A stretch of DNA of 62,153 bases, filler included. It is 4 parts of 4 records of this genome, joined end to end, with 100 filler letters (N's around TTAATTAATTAA, not from the genome) between each part and the next. Parts side by side here need not be neighbours in the genome. Positions count along the whole stretch, not along the records: positions 48,059 to 62,153 come from DRR378314_2102; 3 more parts are not named here. One strand, given 5' to 3'. Every line of letters begins with the position of its first letter. The stretch's first letter is position 1. Positions 52,268-62,153 of this stretch are shown one piece after another. Both the position numbers and the translations under genes were made by a program. The notes below the pieces were generated by a model. That model was not told the origin of the DNA. It saw nothing but the letters and a program-made list of their open reading frames with translations, and did not search any database.

Positions 52268-53635
52268 ATGAGCTTCAATATTGCACTTACAGGCATTGCA
52301 GCCGCTCAAAAAGATTTGGACGTAACAGCAAATAACATTGCTAACGTTAACACAACTGGTTTTAAAGAGTCGCGCGCTGAATTTGCAGATGTGTATGCAT
52401 CATCTGTATTTAGTTCGGGTAAAACAAAAAATGGTGATGGTGTTCAAACCACTATGGTTGCGCAACAATTTCACCAAGGGTCACTTAAGTTTACTCAAAA
52501 CTCGCTTGATTTAGCGATTACAGGTGAAGGTTACTTTGCTATGAGTGAAGACTTAGGCGCACAGGATTTTACTTACACTCGTGCGGGTGCATTTAAGTTA
52601 AACCAAGATAACTTTATCGTTGATGCTAAAGGTAACTTTTTGCAGGGGTTCCCTGTTAATGAATCAACGGGTGACACGACGTCGGTAAGTTTAAGTACGT
52701 CTTCTGCACTACAGATCCCAGATTCGTCAGGTTCACCTCGTGCAACAACAAACGTTTACAGCTCATTTAATCTAGATTCGCGTTCAACTGCGCCATCAAT
52801 TACGACTTTTGACCCTACGGTGAGTGCATCATACAACAGCTCAACATCAACAACAGTATTTGATTCACTTGGTGAGCCGCATGTATTGCAGTTTTTCTTT
52901 GTGAAAACCGATGCCGCTGTGACAGGTAACGAAAATGAGTGGCAAGTTCATGCAACACTCGATGAGAAAGTGTTTAATCCAGCAGGTGCTGAAGAAACAG
53001 CCCCTCCATATACACCAATTTCTACCTTTCAATTTGATGCCAGCGGTTTACCATTAAACACAGACGGTACACCTAATACAGATACAACTTTCAATCCGAT
53101 AGCGATCCCTGGCGGCGGTGGCGGTGTAGCGGGTTTATCAGATTTATTGACGAACGGTGCTAGTTTCCCTGATGACGTTGAAGTAAATTGGCGTGATGAA
53201 GCGGGTACTGCGAATAAAATCCCTACCCAGTATGCGAGTAACTTTGAAGTGAAAGCGCTTGACCAAGATGGTGCGACAGTTGGACGCTTGGCAGGTATTG
53301 ATATTGGTACAGACGGTAAGGTTGTTGCGTCATACAGTAATGGCGACACTTCTTTCTTAGGCCAAGTGGCTATGGTTCGTTTTTCTAACTCACAAGGTTT
53401 AGCACAAGTGGGTGACACGGCATGGAAGAAAAGCTTAACGTCAGGTGAGCCAATTGCTGGTGAGCCAGGTTCAGGTACGTTAGGTTCAATTAATTCATCA
53501 GCGCTAGAGCAATCAAATGTTAATTTGACTAATGAACTGGTAGACCTAATTAGTGCTCAGCGTAACTTCCAGGCAAACTCACGTGCACTAGAAGTTAACT
53601 CTACACTACAACAAAATATCTTGCAGATTCGTTAA
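52268..53635 (+). CDS. flgE: Hook protein FlgE
   Basis: NNIAN.NT.GFKESR, YTRAGAF, DSLG, LEQSNVNLT.ELV.LI.AQRNFQAN. Confidence 0.96.
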   Translation: MSFNIALTGIAAAQKDLDVTANNIANVNTTGFKESRAEFADVYASSVFSSGKTKNGDGVQTTMVAQQFHQGSLKFTQNSLDLAITGEGYFAMSEDLGAQDFTYTRAGAFKLNQDNFIVDAKGNFLQGFPVNESTGDTTSVSLSTSSALQIPDSSGSPRATTNVYSSFNLDSRSTAPSITTFDPTVSASYNSSTSTTVFDSLGEPHVLQFFFVKTDAAVTGNENEWQVHATLDEKVFNPAGAEETAPPYTPISTFQFDASGLPLNTDGTPNTDTTFNPIAIPGGGGGVAGLSDLLTNGASFPDDVEVNWRDEAGTANKIPTQYASNFEVKALDQDGATVGRLAGIDIGTDGKVVASYSNGDTSFLGQVAMVRFSNSQGLAQVGDTAWKKSLTSGEPIAGEPGSGTLGSINSSALEQSNVNLTNELVDLISAQRNFQANSRALEVNSTLQQNILQIR

Positions 53636-53674
53636 TAGCTTAGCGCTTTACTGCATTGCAATAATCCGACACCG

Positions 53675-53701
53675 AGGCTGCCCTTTATGGCAGCCTTTTT
53701 T
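53675..53701 (+). terminator. Terminator after flgE
   Basis: AGGCTGCC-ctttat-GGCAGCCT-TTTTT. Confidence 0.8.
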
Positions 53702-53738
53702 GTATCTTAGATTTAATAAAGGTGGTGTCAAATTATTG

Positions 53739-53754
53739 TGGCACTTATTTTGCA
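53739..53754 (+). promoter_or_regulatory. sigma54 promoter of flgF
   Basis: TGGCACT-tatt-TTGCA, close to consensus. Confidence 0.8.
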
Positions 53755-53792
53755 TTTATACTTAATATAGATTTTTATCGCGAGTCGATGTT

Positions 53793-54557
53793 ATGGATAA
53801 GATGGTTTACATTGCAGCGTCAGGGGCTAAGCAGAGTATGCGGGGCCTTGCGCTCAAAGCAAATAACTTAGCAAATGCTAACACCACAGGCTTTAAGGCC
53901 GACTTTGCACAAGCAAGGTCAATGCAAGCATTTGGTGAAGGCCTCCCTACACGTGTGTTTTCTATGCAAGAACGACCAGGTTCTAACATGACTTCGGGCG
54001 GCGTTGTTGAAACTGGCCGAGACCTTGATATTGCGTTTAGTGATAAGGGGTGGTTAACCGTTCAAGACGCTTCAGGCAATGAAGCCTACACTAAAGTGGG
54101 TACGTTAAATATCACGCCAGATGGTGCGTTAGTGACGAGCCATGGACGCCAAGTTGTTGGCGCCGGTGGTCCCATTATTTTGCCATTGCCAGTTGAAAAG
54201 GTTGAGTTTAGTGATGATGGCTCAATTCAAGTAAGGCCCCAAGGGGCGCCGGCAAACTTTTTAGAGGTGGTTGATCGTCTAAAAGTTATTGAAGCTAATA
54301 ACAGCCAGCTTGAAAAAGGCAATGACGGTCTATTTAGACCAAAGCAAGATAAATTAGTTGATGACCTATGTGGATTTTGTGAAATATCGCAAAACGTCAA
54401 AGTTATGAGTGGCACGTTAGAAATGTCTAATGTGAATCCAGTGCATGAAATGGTCGATATGATAAGCCATCAACGCCAATTTGAATTACAACTTAAGTTA
54501 ATGAAAACAGCAGAAGAAATTGACGAACGTCATACCCAGTTGCTGCGCATTGTTTAA
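53793..54557 (+). CDS. flgF: Basal-body rod protein FlgF
   Basis: MDK..YIA.SGA, NNLAN.NTTGFKAD, TGRDLD, LEMSNVN.V.EM. Confidence 0.95.
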   Translation: MDKMVYIAASGAKQSMRGLALKANNLANANTTGFKADFAQARSMQAFGEGLPTRVFSMQERPGSNMTSGGVVETGRDLDIAFSDKGWLTVQDASGNEAYTKVGTLNITPDGALVTSHGRQVVGAGGPIILPLPVEKVEFSDDGSIQVRPQGAPANFLEVVDRLKVIEANNSQLEKGNDGLFRPKQDKLVDDLCGFCEISQNVKVMSGTLEMSNVNPVHEMVDMISHQRQFELQLKLMKTAEEIDERHTQLLRIV

Positions 54558-54578
54558 CCTAATTGAGAGGACATTAGT

Positions 54579-55367
54579 ATGAATCCTGCATTGTGGATCA
54601 GTAAAACGGGCTTAGATGCCCAACAAACCGATATATCGGTGATCTCAAATAACTTAGCCAATGCCAGTACCATAGGGTACAAAAAAAGCCGTGCAGTATT
54701 TGAAGATTTACTTTATCAAAATATAAACCAACCTGGTGGGCGTTCATCGCAAGATACTGAAATGCCATCTGGCTTAATGCTTGGTGCCGGTGCAAAAGTT
54801 GTCGCAAACCAAAAGAACTTTTCTCAAGGTAACATGCTTACTACTGAAAACTCATTGGATTGGATGATCTCAGGCCCTGGGTTTTTCGAAGTGCTTCAGC
54901 CTGACGGAAATATTGCTTATTCTCGTAATGGCCAATTTACCACCGATGAAGATGGTCGAATTGTTACAGCAGGTGCTGGTTTCCCTGTGCAACCAGAAAT
55001 GAACGTACCTGACGATGCACAATCAATTACGGTGTCACAAGATGGTGAAGTCTCAGTTAGTATCGCAGGCCAACCAGATAACGTGGTTATTGGGCAATTG
55101 ACAATCAGTGACTTTATTAATCCATCAGGCCTTGAGCCAGTTGGGCAAAACCTTTACACCGAAACGGCTGTTAGTGGCGCGCCAGTTCAAGGTAACCCTG
55201 GCATTGATGGCTTAGGTGCGATTGTGCAAGGTTCACTCGAAACATCTAATGTAAACGTGACAGAAGAGCTGGTTAACTTAATTGAAACACAGCGTATTTA
55301 TGAAATGAATTCAAAAGTGATTTCGGCGGTTGATGAAATGCTTAGCTATGTTAACCAACAGCTTTAA
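54579..55367 (+). CDS. flgG: Distal rod protein FlgG
   Basis: ALWISKTGLDAQQ, FEDLLYQ, LETSNVNVTEELV. Confidence 0.97.
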   Translation: MNPALWISKTGLDAQQTDISVISNNLANASTIGYKKSRAVFEDLLYQNINQPGGRSSQDTEMPSGLMLGAGAKVVANQKNFSQGNMLTTENSLDWMISGPGFFEVLQPDGNIAYSRNGQFTTDEDGRIVTAGAGFPVQPEMNVPDDAQSITVSQDGEVSVSIAGQPDNVVIGQLTISDFINPSGLEPVGQNLYTETAVSGAPVQGNPGIDGLGAIVQGSLETSNVNVTEELVNLIETQRIYEMNSKVISAVDEMLSYVNQQL

Positions 55368-55385
55368 AGTGTAAGGGGTTATGTG

Positions 55386-56069
55386 ATGCGTACTTTTATT
55401 ATTGCCTTAAGTGGTGCATGTTTATTGAGTGGTTGTGTAACGACACAAAATACCCATGTGGTTCAAGACGATCCTTACTATGCGCCAATGTACCCAGAGC
55501 CAGTTACGGAACAAATTGTGCCTACAGGGTCATTATTTGACACCTATTCAGCCAATGATCTCTACTCAGATAAAAAAGCTTTAAGAACAGGCGATATAAT
55601 CACTGTTAAGCTTCAAGAGTCGACGCAAGCATCGAAAGCGGCGAAAACAGAAACTGATAAAGAAAGTAATGCCAGCTTAGACCCCGTTATTGGTCTTGGT
55701 GGCTTACCCGTCAATATTGGCAATGAAAGTATTCAATTTGGTGTTGGTTCGGACTCCTCATTTACAGGGGATTCAAAGTCGAATCAATCTAATAGCTTAT
55801 TTGGTGATATTTCTGTCAATGTGATGCGTGTCTTACCTAACGGTAATCTAGTTATCCGTGGTGAAAAGTGGCTTACATTAAACACGGGTGAAGAATTTAT
55901 CCGTTTAGAAGGGCTTGTAAGGCCTCAAGATGTAACTGCCGACAACACGGTGACCTCAAATCGAATTGCCAACGCACGTATCCAATACTCTGGTAAAGGA
56001 CAAATGCAAGAGACACAAAGCGCCGGCTGGCTAACTCAGTTCTTCAGTAGTGCGTTATTCCCTTTTTAA
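55386..56069 (+). CDS. flgH: L-ring lipoprotein FlgH
   Basis: Lipobox LSGC, GDIITV, VLPNGNL, RIANARI.YSG. Confidence 0.96.
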   Translation: MRTFIIALSGACLLSGCVTTQNTHVVQDDPYYAPMYPEPVTEQIVPTGSLFDTYSANDLYSDKKALRTGDIITVKLQESTQASKAAKTETDKESNASLDPVIGLGGLPVNIGNESIQFGVGSDSSFTGDSKSNQSNSLFGDISVNVMRVLPNGNLVIRGEKWLTLNTGEEFIRLEGLVRPQDVTADNTVTSNRIANARIQYSGKGQMQETQSAGWLTQFFSSALFPF

Positions 56070-56081
56070 AGGAAAGTGGTT

Positions 56082-57176
56082 ATGAACGGTTTTAAAGTTT
56101 TTTTAAGTATTTGCCTACTCTGTTGGCATTTTGGTGCCGCTGCAGAGCGCATTAAAGACGTTTCAATGGTTGAAGGTGTAAGAGCAAATCAGTTAATAGG
56201 CTATGGCTTGGTTGTTGGTTTACCGGGCACAGGCGAGCAAAGCCGCTTTACTGAACAAAGCTTTAAAGCCATGTTAAATAGCTTTGGTATTACTATGGCT
56301 AGTAATTTAAAACCAAAGATAAAAAATGTTGCTGCGGTGGCTGTACATGCAGAGCTTCCTCCTTTTAGAAAGCCAGGCCAAATGATTGATATAACTGTGT
56401 CGTCAATTGGTAGTGCTGGTAGTTTACGCGGAGGTACATTACTGCAAACATTCCTAAAGGGGGTTGACGGTAATACGTATGCAATAGCACAAGGCAGCTT
56501 GATTGTAGGCGGTTTGGGAGCAGAAGGAGCCGATGGCAGCCGAGTTGTAATCAATACACCAACAGTTGGCCGTATTCCAAATGGCGCAATTATTGAGCGG
56601 GCAATTAAAAGTCCTTTCATGCAAGGTGATTACATTACGTTTAATTTAAATCGCCCTGATTTTACTACCGCAAAACGTTTAGAACAGACAATTAATGATT
56701 TAGTTGGCCCTGACAGTGCTCAAGCAATTGACGCTGCTTCTATCCGTGTTTTAGCGCCTCGTGACGCATCTCAACGCGTGGCATATTTATCAACACTTGA
56801 AAATTTAGAATTCAAGCCTGCTGATACGTCGGCTAAAATTATTGTTAACTCACGAACGGGCACCATTGTTATTGGTAAAAATGTGAAGTTACAACCTGCG
56901 GCTATTACCCATGGTGGGCTTACGGTTACGATAGCGGAGCAACAAAATGTATCGCAACCTAATCCATTAAGCGAGGGTGAAACGGTTGTAACCAATCAAA
57001 CAATTATTGATGTTAATGAAGATGACTCACGTGCATTTGTATTTAACCCAGGTGTAAGCCTTGATGATTTAGTGAGAGCAATTAATGAGGTTGGCGCCGC
57101 TCCTGGTGATTTGATGGCAATTCTTGAAGCACTCAAAGAAGCAGGTGCTATTAATGGCCAACTCGTTGTTATTTAG
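56082..57176 (+). CDS. flgI: P-ring protein FlgI
   Basis: [31 protein letters not shown]. Confidence 0.96.
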   Translation: MNGFKVFLSICLLCWHFGAAAERIKDVSMVEGVRANQLIGYGLVVGLPGTGEQSRFTEQSFKAMLNSFGITMASNLKPKIKNVAAVAVHAELPPFRKPGQMIDITVSSIGSAGSLRGGTLLQTFLKGVDGNTYAIAQGSLIVGGLGAEGADGSRVVINTPTVGRIPNGAIIERAIKSPFMQGDYITFNLNRPDFTTAKRLEQTINDLVGPDSAQAIDAASIRVLAPRDASQRVAYLSTLENLEFKPADTSAKIIVNSRTGTIVIGKNVKLQPAAITHGGLTVTIAEQQNVSQPNPLSEGETVVTNQTIIDVNEDDSRAFVFNPGVSLDDLVRAINEVGAAPGDLMAILEALKEAGAINGQLVVI

Positions 57177-57183
57177 TTTTAGG

Positions 57184-57214
57184 CACTCCCTTAGTTTTGA
57201 AAACTAAGGGAGTG
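57184..57214. repeat. Perfect 15-bp inverted repeat between flgI and flgJ
   Basis: CACTCCCTTAGTTTT-g-AAAACTAAGGGAGTG. Confidence 0.9.
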
Positions 57215-57271
57215 ACGTGCTCTATCAATCTAAGTTTTTAGACTCCTCAACTTCCCACTCTTTCTTAGCTT

Positions 57272-57287
57272 TGGCGCAAATATTGCA
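57272..57287 (+). promoter_or_regulatory. sigma54 promoter of flgJ
   Basis: TGGCGCA-aata-TTGCA. Confidence 0.75.
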
Positions 57288-57325
57288 TTATTAATATCAT
57301 TATTAATTATTGTGTCAAAAAGCTG

Positions 57326-58294
57326 ATGGATACTAATCACCTCGATAAGCAAAACTTTTTTGATTTAGGAAACTTAGACTCATTACGTCAAAGTGCCTTA
57401 AAAAGTGATGCCTCTAGTGACACTTCCAAAGATGCGCTAAAACAAGCCGCTGCACAGTTTGAATCTATTTTTACGCAGATGCTGCTTAAAAGTATGCGTA
57501 AAGCTAATGATGCGTTTGAGGATAAAAACAGCCCATTTAATTCAAGCGGCGTAAAGTTTTTTGAAGAGATGCATGATCAACAACTCTCAGTGGAGTTGTC
57601 TTCAAATGGTTCTCTAGGTCTTGCTGATTTAATAGTTCAGCAGCTTTCTCCTGATGGGAAAAAGTTCACCCCAGGCTCGGTACTTCGCTCGGTTGATAAT
57701 TTTACCAGCGATAAACGTGCATCAGGTGTGTCGAATGATTCACTGACAAACAAAAATGATATCGCAACGAATGCATCTGATAAAAACGAAGGGGCGTTTG
57801 ATGATGCAGAGTCATTTATTAGCACCGTGTGGGAGCATGCAAAATCAGCAGCTGAAAAAATAGGATTAAATCCTGCCGTAATGGTTGCGCAGGCTGCACT
57901 TGAGACTGGTTGGGGTAAACATATTATTAACAAAGCGGATGGCAGTAGCAGTAACAACCTGTTCAATATTAAGTCAGATCGCAGCTGGGATGGTGCCAAA
58001 GCTAGCAAAGTCACGCTTGAATTTGAACAAGGCATGCCAGTAAAAAAACAAGCAAGCTTTAGGGCTTACGACTCAATTAAAGACAGTGTGAATGATTTTG
58101 TCGATTTTTTAAATGAAAATCCACGCTATCAAGAAGCACTCGACAATACAGCAAAACCTGCTGCCTTTTTAGATTCCTTACAAAAAGCAGGCTATGCAAC
58201 TGACCCCAACTACGCTGATAAAATTAAGCAGGTTCTCAACAGATCTGATCTTAAATCACTGGCAGCTACATTGGTTCGCCAAGGAGTAAACTAA
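57326..58294 (+). CDS. flgJ: Rod cap/peptidoglycan hydrolase FlgJ
   Basis: QFESIF..MLLKSMR.AN, AQAALETGWG, NLFNIK, GYATDPNYA. Confidence 0.96.
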   Translation: MDTNHLDKQNFFDLGNLDSLRQSALKSDASSDTSKDALKQAAAQFESIFTQMLLKSMRKANDAFEDKNSPFNSSGVKFFEEMHDQQLSVELSSNGSLGLADLIVQQLSPDGKKFTPGSVLRSVDNFTSDKRASGVSNDSLTNKNDIATNASDKNEGAFDDAESFISTVWEHAKSAAEKIGLNPAVMVAQAALETGWGKHIINKADGSSSNNLFNIKSDRSWDGAKASKVTLEFEQGMPVKKQASFRAYDSIKDSVNDFVDFLNENPRYQEALDNTAKPAAFLDSLQKAGYATDPNYADKIKQVLNRSDLKSLAATLVRQGVN

Positions 58295-58295
58295 C

Positions 58296-60302
58296 ATGTC
58301 GTTTAATTTATTAAACATTGCTAATTCAGGTGTTCGAGCAAATTCTGAATTGCTACAAACGACCAGTAAAAACATTGCTAATGTAAATACCAAAGGCTAT
58401 GTAAGAGAAAGTACAGAGCATATGACCATGGTCGACAATCAAGTTGGCCGTGGTGAAACATTTAGACTTTTAAATGAGTTTGCCCAAAAACAACTTAACC
58501 GTGATACATCAAACAAAGCGTTCTTCGACCAATTTGTCACTGAGGCAAGTCGTGTAGATACATTATTTTCTGAAGAGTCTAACAGCCTCTCTACAAGTAT
58601 TAACTCGCTTTTTAATAATGTACAAGAAAGCCTTAATCAGCCTTCCTCTAGCGTGGCCCGGTCATTGGTGATGACGGATGCTGAAAACCTTATCGAGCAG
58701 ATGGACCGCTTGTCAGGTATTGTTTTTGACCAAAAAAATGTTGTTAATGAACAGCTTGAAATATTCTCAGATGAAGCGAATACATTGATCCAAAATGTAA
58801 GTGCATTGAATAAGCAAATTGCAGCAGTACACGGTACACGCAGTGAAAGTAGTTCTAGCACACTTTACAACCAACGTGACTTAGCTATTCGTGAGTTGTC
58901 GGAACTGGTAGATATTGAAACGCTTGATGGCCAAAATGGTGAAAAGCTTTTATTTATGGGCACAGGCGAATCACTTGTTATGCAAGAGGGGACATTTAAC
59001 CTGTTTTCTATGACGGGAGACCCTGATCCTGACTTTAAAGAGCTGCGGCTTGATGTGAATGGTGGCAAAGCTGTGCCGCTTGAAATTGATGCGGACGCGA
59101 TTAAAGGACAAATTGGTGGTTTATTGGCCTTTCGTGATGACATACTCGTACCTGCACAAAACCAACTAGGTCAAATGGGGCTGGCGATTGCAGATGCATT
59201 CAATGAACAAAATAAATTAGGAATGGATGGCGATGGTGAGCTTGGCGGAAACATTTTTACCGTGCCTAAAGTTGATGCCTTTGCATACCAAGCTAATACA
59301 TCTACATCAACCATGACAGGTACTGTTGAACCTGGCAAAGGGAGTGAATTACCAGCAAGTGACTTTATTATTACTTACACTGCTGCGAACACGGTTGAAA
59401 TACAAGCGATAGATAATAAAGGTGAGGCTCTAGGTAGCCCATCAACAGCGAATATTGTTGGTGGTGTTATTGATTCCACAACCAATCCCGGTATTGAACT
59501 TTATGGTTTACAAATAGAGGTCGCAGGTGGCGCGGCGAATGTGGGGGATCAATTTCAACTGAAGCTTAACTCACAAGCGGCATCAACATTAGAGCTCGCC
59601 ACAGATAGACCAAATGCACTGGCACTTGCCTCACCAGTCAGAACTGCAGATGATATCAACAACACAGGCAGTGCCAACATATCACCAGGTACAGTCACCA
59701 GTGTTACATCAGGTGGCTTTACGGCGACACCGCCAGCACTTGCAAATGGTGATATTAGCTTGGTTAAAACTGCAAATGCGAATGAATATACAGTAACTGA
59801 TGGCAATGGTTCTACTACGTTTACAATTACGCCGCCGGCAGAAAATATGCTGGCGCAAGCCGGTGCGCCCTATGATTCGTATGGTTTCGATTTTAATATT
59901 GAAGGTGTGCCTGCGGTAGGGGATACCTTTACATTAGAATTTAACGAAGGTGGCTTTGATGATAACCGTAACGGACTAAAGCTCGCTGGATTACAGGGGG
60001 ACGAATTAGTTCGTCAAAATGTTGTCACTTCAGCAACCGCTGATAACTTAAAAACGTTTAATGAAGCGTATGCAGGTTTAGTAACAGATATCGGCGTTGT
60101 GACTAATCAAGCAATAACAAATGGCGCTGCGTTTGATGCGTTAGCCCAGCAATCTGAAGCGTGGTACGAATCGTTATCGGGTGTAAACCTAGATGAAGAG
60201 GCCGCGAACCTATTACGTTTTCAACAATCTTACGCCGCATCAGCGCAAGTATTATCAACGGCCCGAACAATTTTTGACACACTACTTAGTGCTGCGAGGT
60301 AA
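58296..60302 (+). CDS. flgK: Hook-associated protein FlgK
   Basis: NIANVNT.GY.R, C-terminal SGVNLDEEAANL..FQQSY.ASA. Confidence 0.96.
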   Translation: MSFNLLNIANSGVRANSELLQTTSKNIANVNTKGYVRESTEHMTMVDNQVGRGETFRLLNEFAQKQLNRDTSNKAFFDQFVTEASRVDTLFSEESNSLSTSINSLFNNVQESLNQPSSSVARSLVMTDAENLIEQMDRLSGIVFDQKNVVNEQLEIFSDEANTLIQNVSALNKQIAAVHGTRSESSSSTLYNQRDLAIRELSELVDIETLDGQNGEKLLFMGTGESLVMQEGTFNLFSMTGDPDPDFKELRLDVNGGKAVPLEIDADAIKGQIGGLLAFRDDILVPAQNQLGQMGLAIADAFNEQNKLGMDGDGELGGNIFTVPKVDAFAYQANTSTSTMTGTVEPGKGSELPASDFIITYTAANTVEIQAIDNKGEALGSPSTANIVGGVIDSTTNPGIELYGLQIEVAGGAANVGDQFQLKLNSQAASTLELATDRPNALALASPVRTADDINNTGSANISPGTVTSVTSGGFTATPPALANGDISLVKTANANEYTVTDGNGSTTFTITPPAENMLAQAGAPYDSYGFDFNIEGVPAVGDTFTLEFNEGGFDDNRNGLKLAGLQGDELVRQNVVTSATADNLKTFNEAYAGLVTDIGVVTNQAITNGAAFDALAQQSEAWYESLSGVNLDEEAANLLRFQQSYAASAQVLSTARTIFDTLLSAAR

Positions 60303-60304
60303 GT

Positions 60305-61537
60305 ATGCGTTTATCTAATAATCTAATGTTCCAAAATAGTATAAACAATATTTTGGATAACCAACAAAATGTAAACAAAGCACAGCAGCAAGTAAATACA
60401 CAAAAACGTGTGCTGTCAGCTTCTGATGACCCGGCTGCTACTGCAAGAGCATTACTCTACACTGACCGTATTCAAGCGAATGAGCAATACGGTAAAAATA
60501 TTACTATGTTAACCAGCCGACTTACTACGCAAGAAAGTGTGCTTGATAATATAAAAGGCTCTTTGGAAAAGGCTCACACGCTAACAATTCAAGCGGGTAA
60601 TGGTGCGTATTCGGATATAGACCGCGAAGGTATTGCAGAGGAGATAAAAGCAATACAAAGTGGCGTGTTGGATTTGATGAATGCAAAAACGGAAGATGGG
60701 AAATATATTTTTTCCGGTTATCAAGACAATACACAGACATATTCATTTAATACATCAAACGGAAAGTATGAATATGGTGGTGACCAAGGTCAGCATAAAA
60801 TTAAGGTTGCCGCAGGGGTTGATATTAAATCCAGCGATAACGGTTTTGATGTGTTTGAAAATGTTGACGCACGATTAAATGTTGCATCAAATGATGGTGT
60901 AGTTTCAGGTGGTATAACAAGTGCGAAGGTATATGTGAGTGAACAGGGAGTATTTGATTCATTTCACAAAGCTAATTACAACGCAGACCCAAGTGCGGCA
61001 GCAGGTGCTAATACTTTTAATGTTATAACGACTGCTGGTACACCAAATACCTATCAAGTCGAGCAAGGAGGCACTGTAATTGAAACCGGTAATTTTGAAG
61101 GTTCTCAAATTAAGTTTGCAGGGATGGAAATTGACATAAGTCCCACTGCTACAGGGCAAGTCGATTTTACCCTTGAAGCACCGCAAAAAGAGAATGTATT
61201 AAATACCCTAACAGACCTCATTGCAGGTTTAACAGATCCTACACTCAGTCAGCAAGACTATGAACAAGTATTAGCTGATGCCATGACGCAATTAGATAAT
61301 GGAAAGAATAAGGTCTCTTTGACACAAGCCGGTTTAGGTGGGCGATTAAATACAGCTGAGAAAATAACACAATCGAATAGCGACCTTGATGTTAATAATA
61401 AAGCATCTCGTGCTGATTTAGTTGAGCTGGATATGGCTGAAGCGATAACGGAACTGACAAAGCAGGAAACATCTTTGCAAGCATCACAGGCAACTTTTGG
61501 CCGACTTGCTAACCTTTCTTTATTTGATTATCTATAA
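60305..61537 (+). CDS. flgL: Hook-associated protein FlgL
   Basis: SDDP.A, G.YIFSGY, LSLFDYL C-terminus. Confidence 0.96.
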   Translation: MRLSNNLMFQNSINNILDNQQNVNKAQQQVNTQKRVLSASDDPAATARALLYTDRIQANEQYGKNITMLTSRLTTQESVLDNIKGSLEKAHTLTIQAGNGAYSDIDREGIAEEIKAIQSGVLDLMNAKTEDGKYIFSGYQDNTQTYSFNTSNGKYEYGGDQGQHKIKVAAGVDIKSSDNGFDVFENVDARLNVASNDGVVSGGITSAKVYVSEQGVFDSFHKANYNADPSAAAGANTFNVITTAGTPNTYQVEQGGTVIETGNFEGSQIKFAGMEIDISPTATGQVDFTLEAPQKENVLNTLTDLIAGLTDPTLSQQDYEQVLADAMTQLDNGKNKVSLTQAGLGGRLNTAEKITQSNSDLDVNNKASRADLVELDMAEAITELTKQETSLQASQATFGRLANLSLFDYL

Positions 61538-61544
61538 TTTCCCT

Positions 61545-61579
61545 AGAGTAAGGCAAAAGCTTGCCTTACTCTGTTTTTT
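61545..61579 (+). terminator. Terminator after flgL
   Basis: AGAGTAAGGCAA-aagc-TTGCCTTACTCT-gTTTTTT. Confidence 0.85.
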
Positions 61580-61762
61580 CCTATCATTTAAATTCATACC
61601 CTATTGATTACTAATATTTTAATGCTAAGGCAGATTAATTTTCTATCTAGCAATTTTACTAAGTTTGGACTTATAGCTTAGGATAAATGACTAAGTTAAC
61701 AAAAATAAAATACATTATATTCAGTTGGTTATGTGTTTTATTAAAAAAAATAAAAAAAAAGC

Positions 61763-61789
61763 TAAAGGATTTTTCGAGTAGACCGATAA
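61763..61789 (+). promoter_or_regulatory. sigma28 promoter of flagellin
   Basis: TAAA-N15-ACCGATAA, preceded by an A-rich UP-like tract. Confidence 0.85.
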
Positions 61790-61883
61790 CTTAATTAACC
61801 AAGCAAAGCGTTGTAAACAACAACCACTGCTTAATTTAAGTAAGTTTGAGAGTAAATGATAAGTTTACTTCGGGAGAGACATC

Positions 61884-62153
61884 ATGGCTTTATATGTAAA
61901 TACAAATGTTAGTTCATTGAACGCACAACGTCAGTTAATGAAATCTGGCAATGAATTAGACACATCATTTCAACGTCTATCATCAGGTTTTCGTATCAAT
62001 AGCGCTGCTGATGATGCGGCAGGTCTGCAAATCTCAGACCGTTTAACATCACAAATTAATGGTTTAAACCAAGGTAACCGTAATGCTAATGATGCAATTT
62101 CACTAGCTCAAACTGCCGAGGGTGCACTTGATGAAGTAACATCAATGTTCCAA
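61884..62153 (+). CDS. fliC: Flagellin, 5' part (runs off the window; not in the ORF track)
   Basis: [18 protein letters not shown]...[21 protein letters not shown]...QTAEGAL; GGGAGAG RBS. Confidence 0.96.
   Translation, partial: MALYVNTNVSSLNAQRQLMKSGNELDTSFQRLSSGFRINSAADDAAGLQISDRLTSQINGLNQGNRNANDAISLAQTAEGALDEVTSMFQ

Noticed and set aside
61743-61760. A8-T-A9 tract upstream of fliC as a slippage switch
   Set aside because: Lies upstream of the -35 element; more simply an UP element in AT-rich DNA

Overview
This window is not one continuous locus. It is four contigs joined by 100-bp N/TTAATTAATTAA linkers (13499-13598, 36632-36731, 47959-48058), and they appear to come from about three marine Gammaproteobacteria (taxon calls are inference from gene order and composition). 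Contig 1 (1-13498, Halomonas-like): pilMNOPQ-aroK-aroB, gltBD, 5' pyrG. Contig 2 (13599-36631, Idiomarina/Alteromonadales-like): a mixed accessory region with LysR/NmrA, AraC/AhpD, two TonB-dependent receptors, a PAS chemoreceptor, pldA, a cold-shock gene, a GGDEF protein, PepSY proteins, UDG, patatin, fpr and a PepSY-DUF2271/DUF4198 module. Contig 3 (36732-47958, Halomonas-like): alaS'-recX-[five-gene nucleotide-sugar cassette]-recA-cinA-mutS-fdxA'. Contig 4 (48059-62153, Pseudoalteromonas-like): flgA'-cheV-cheR-flgB to flgL-fliC'. The most notable observations are: (1) a CDP-sugar/glycosyltransferase cassette between recA and recX, bracketed by a 117-bp duplicate of the recX 5' end; the recA-proximal copy has lost its start codon and RBS and is decaying, which appears to uncouple recX from the LexA-controlled recA transcript; (2) a large TonB-dependent receptor preceded by a perfect triple MetJ box; (3) a Fur-boxed PepSY-TM::DUF2271 fusion with an internal signal-peptidase-like site and a flavinylation motif, divergent from fpr.
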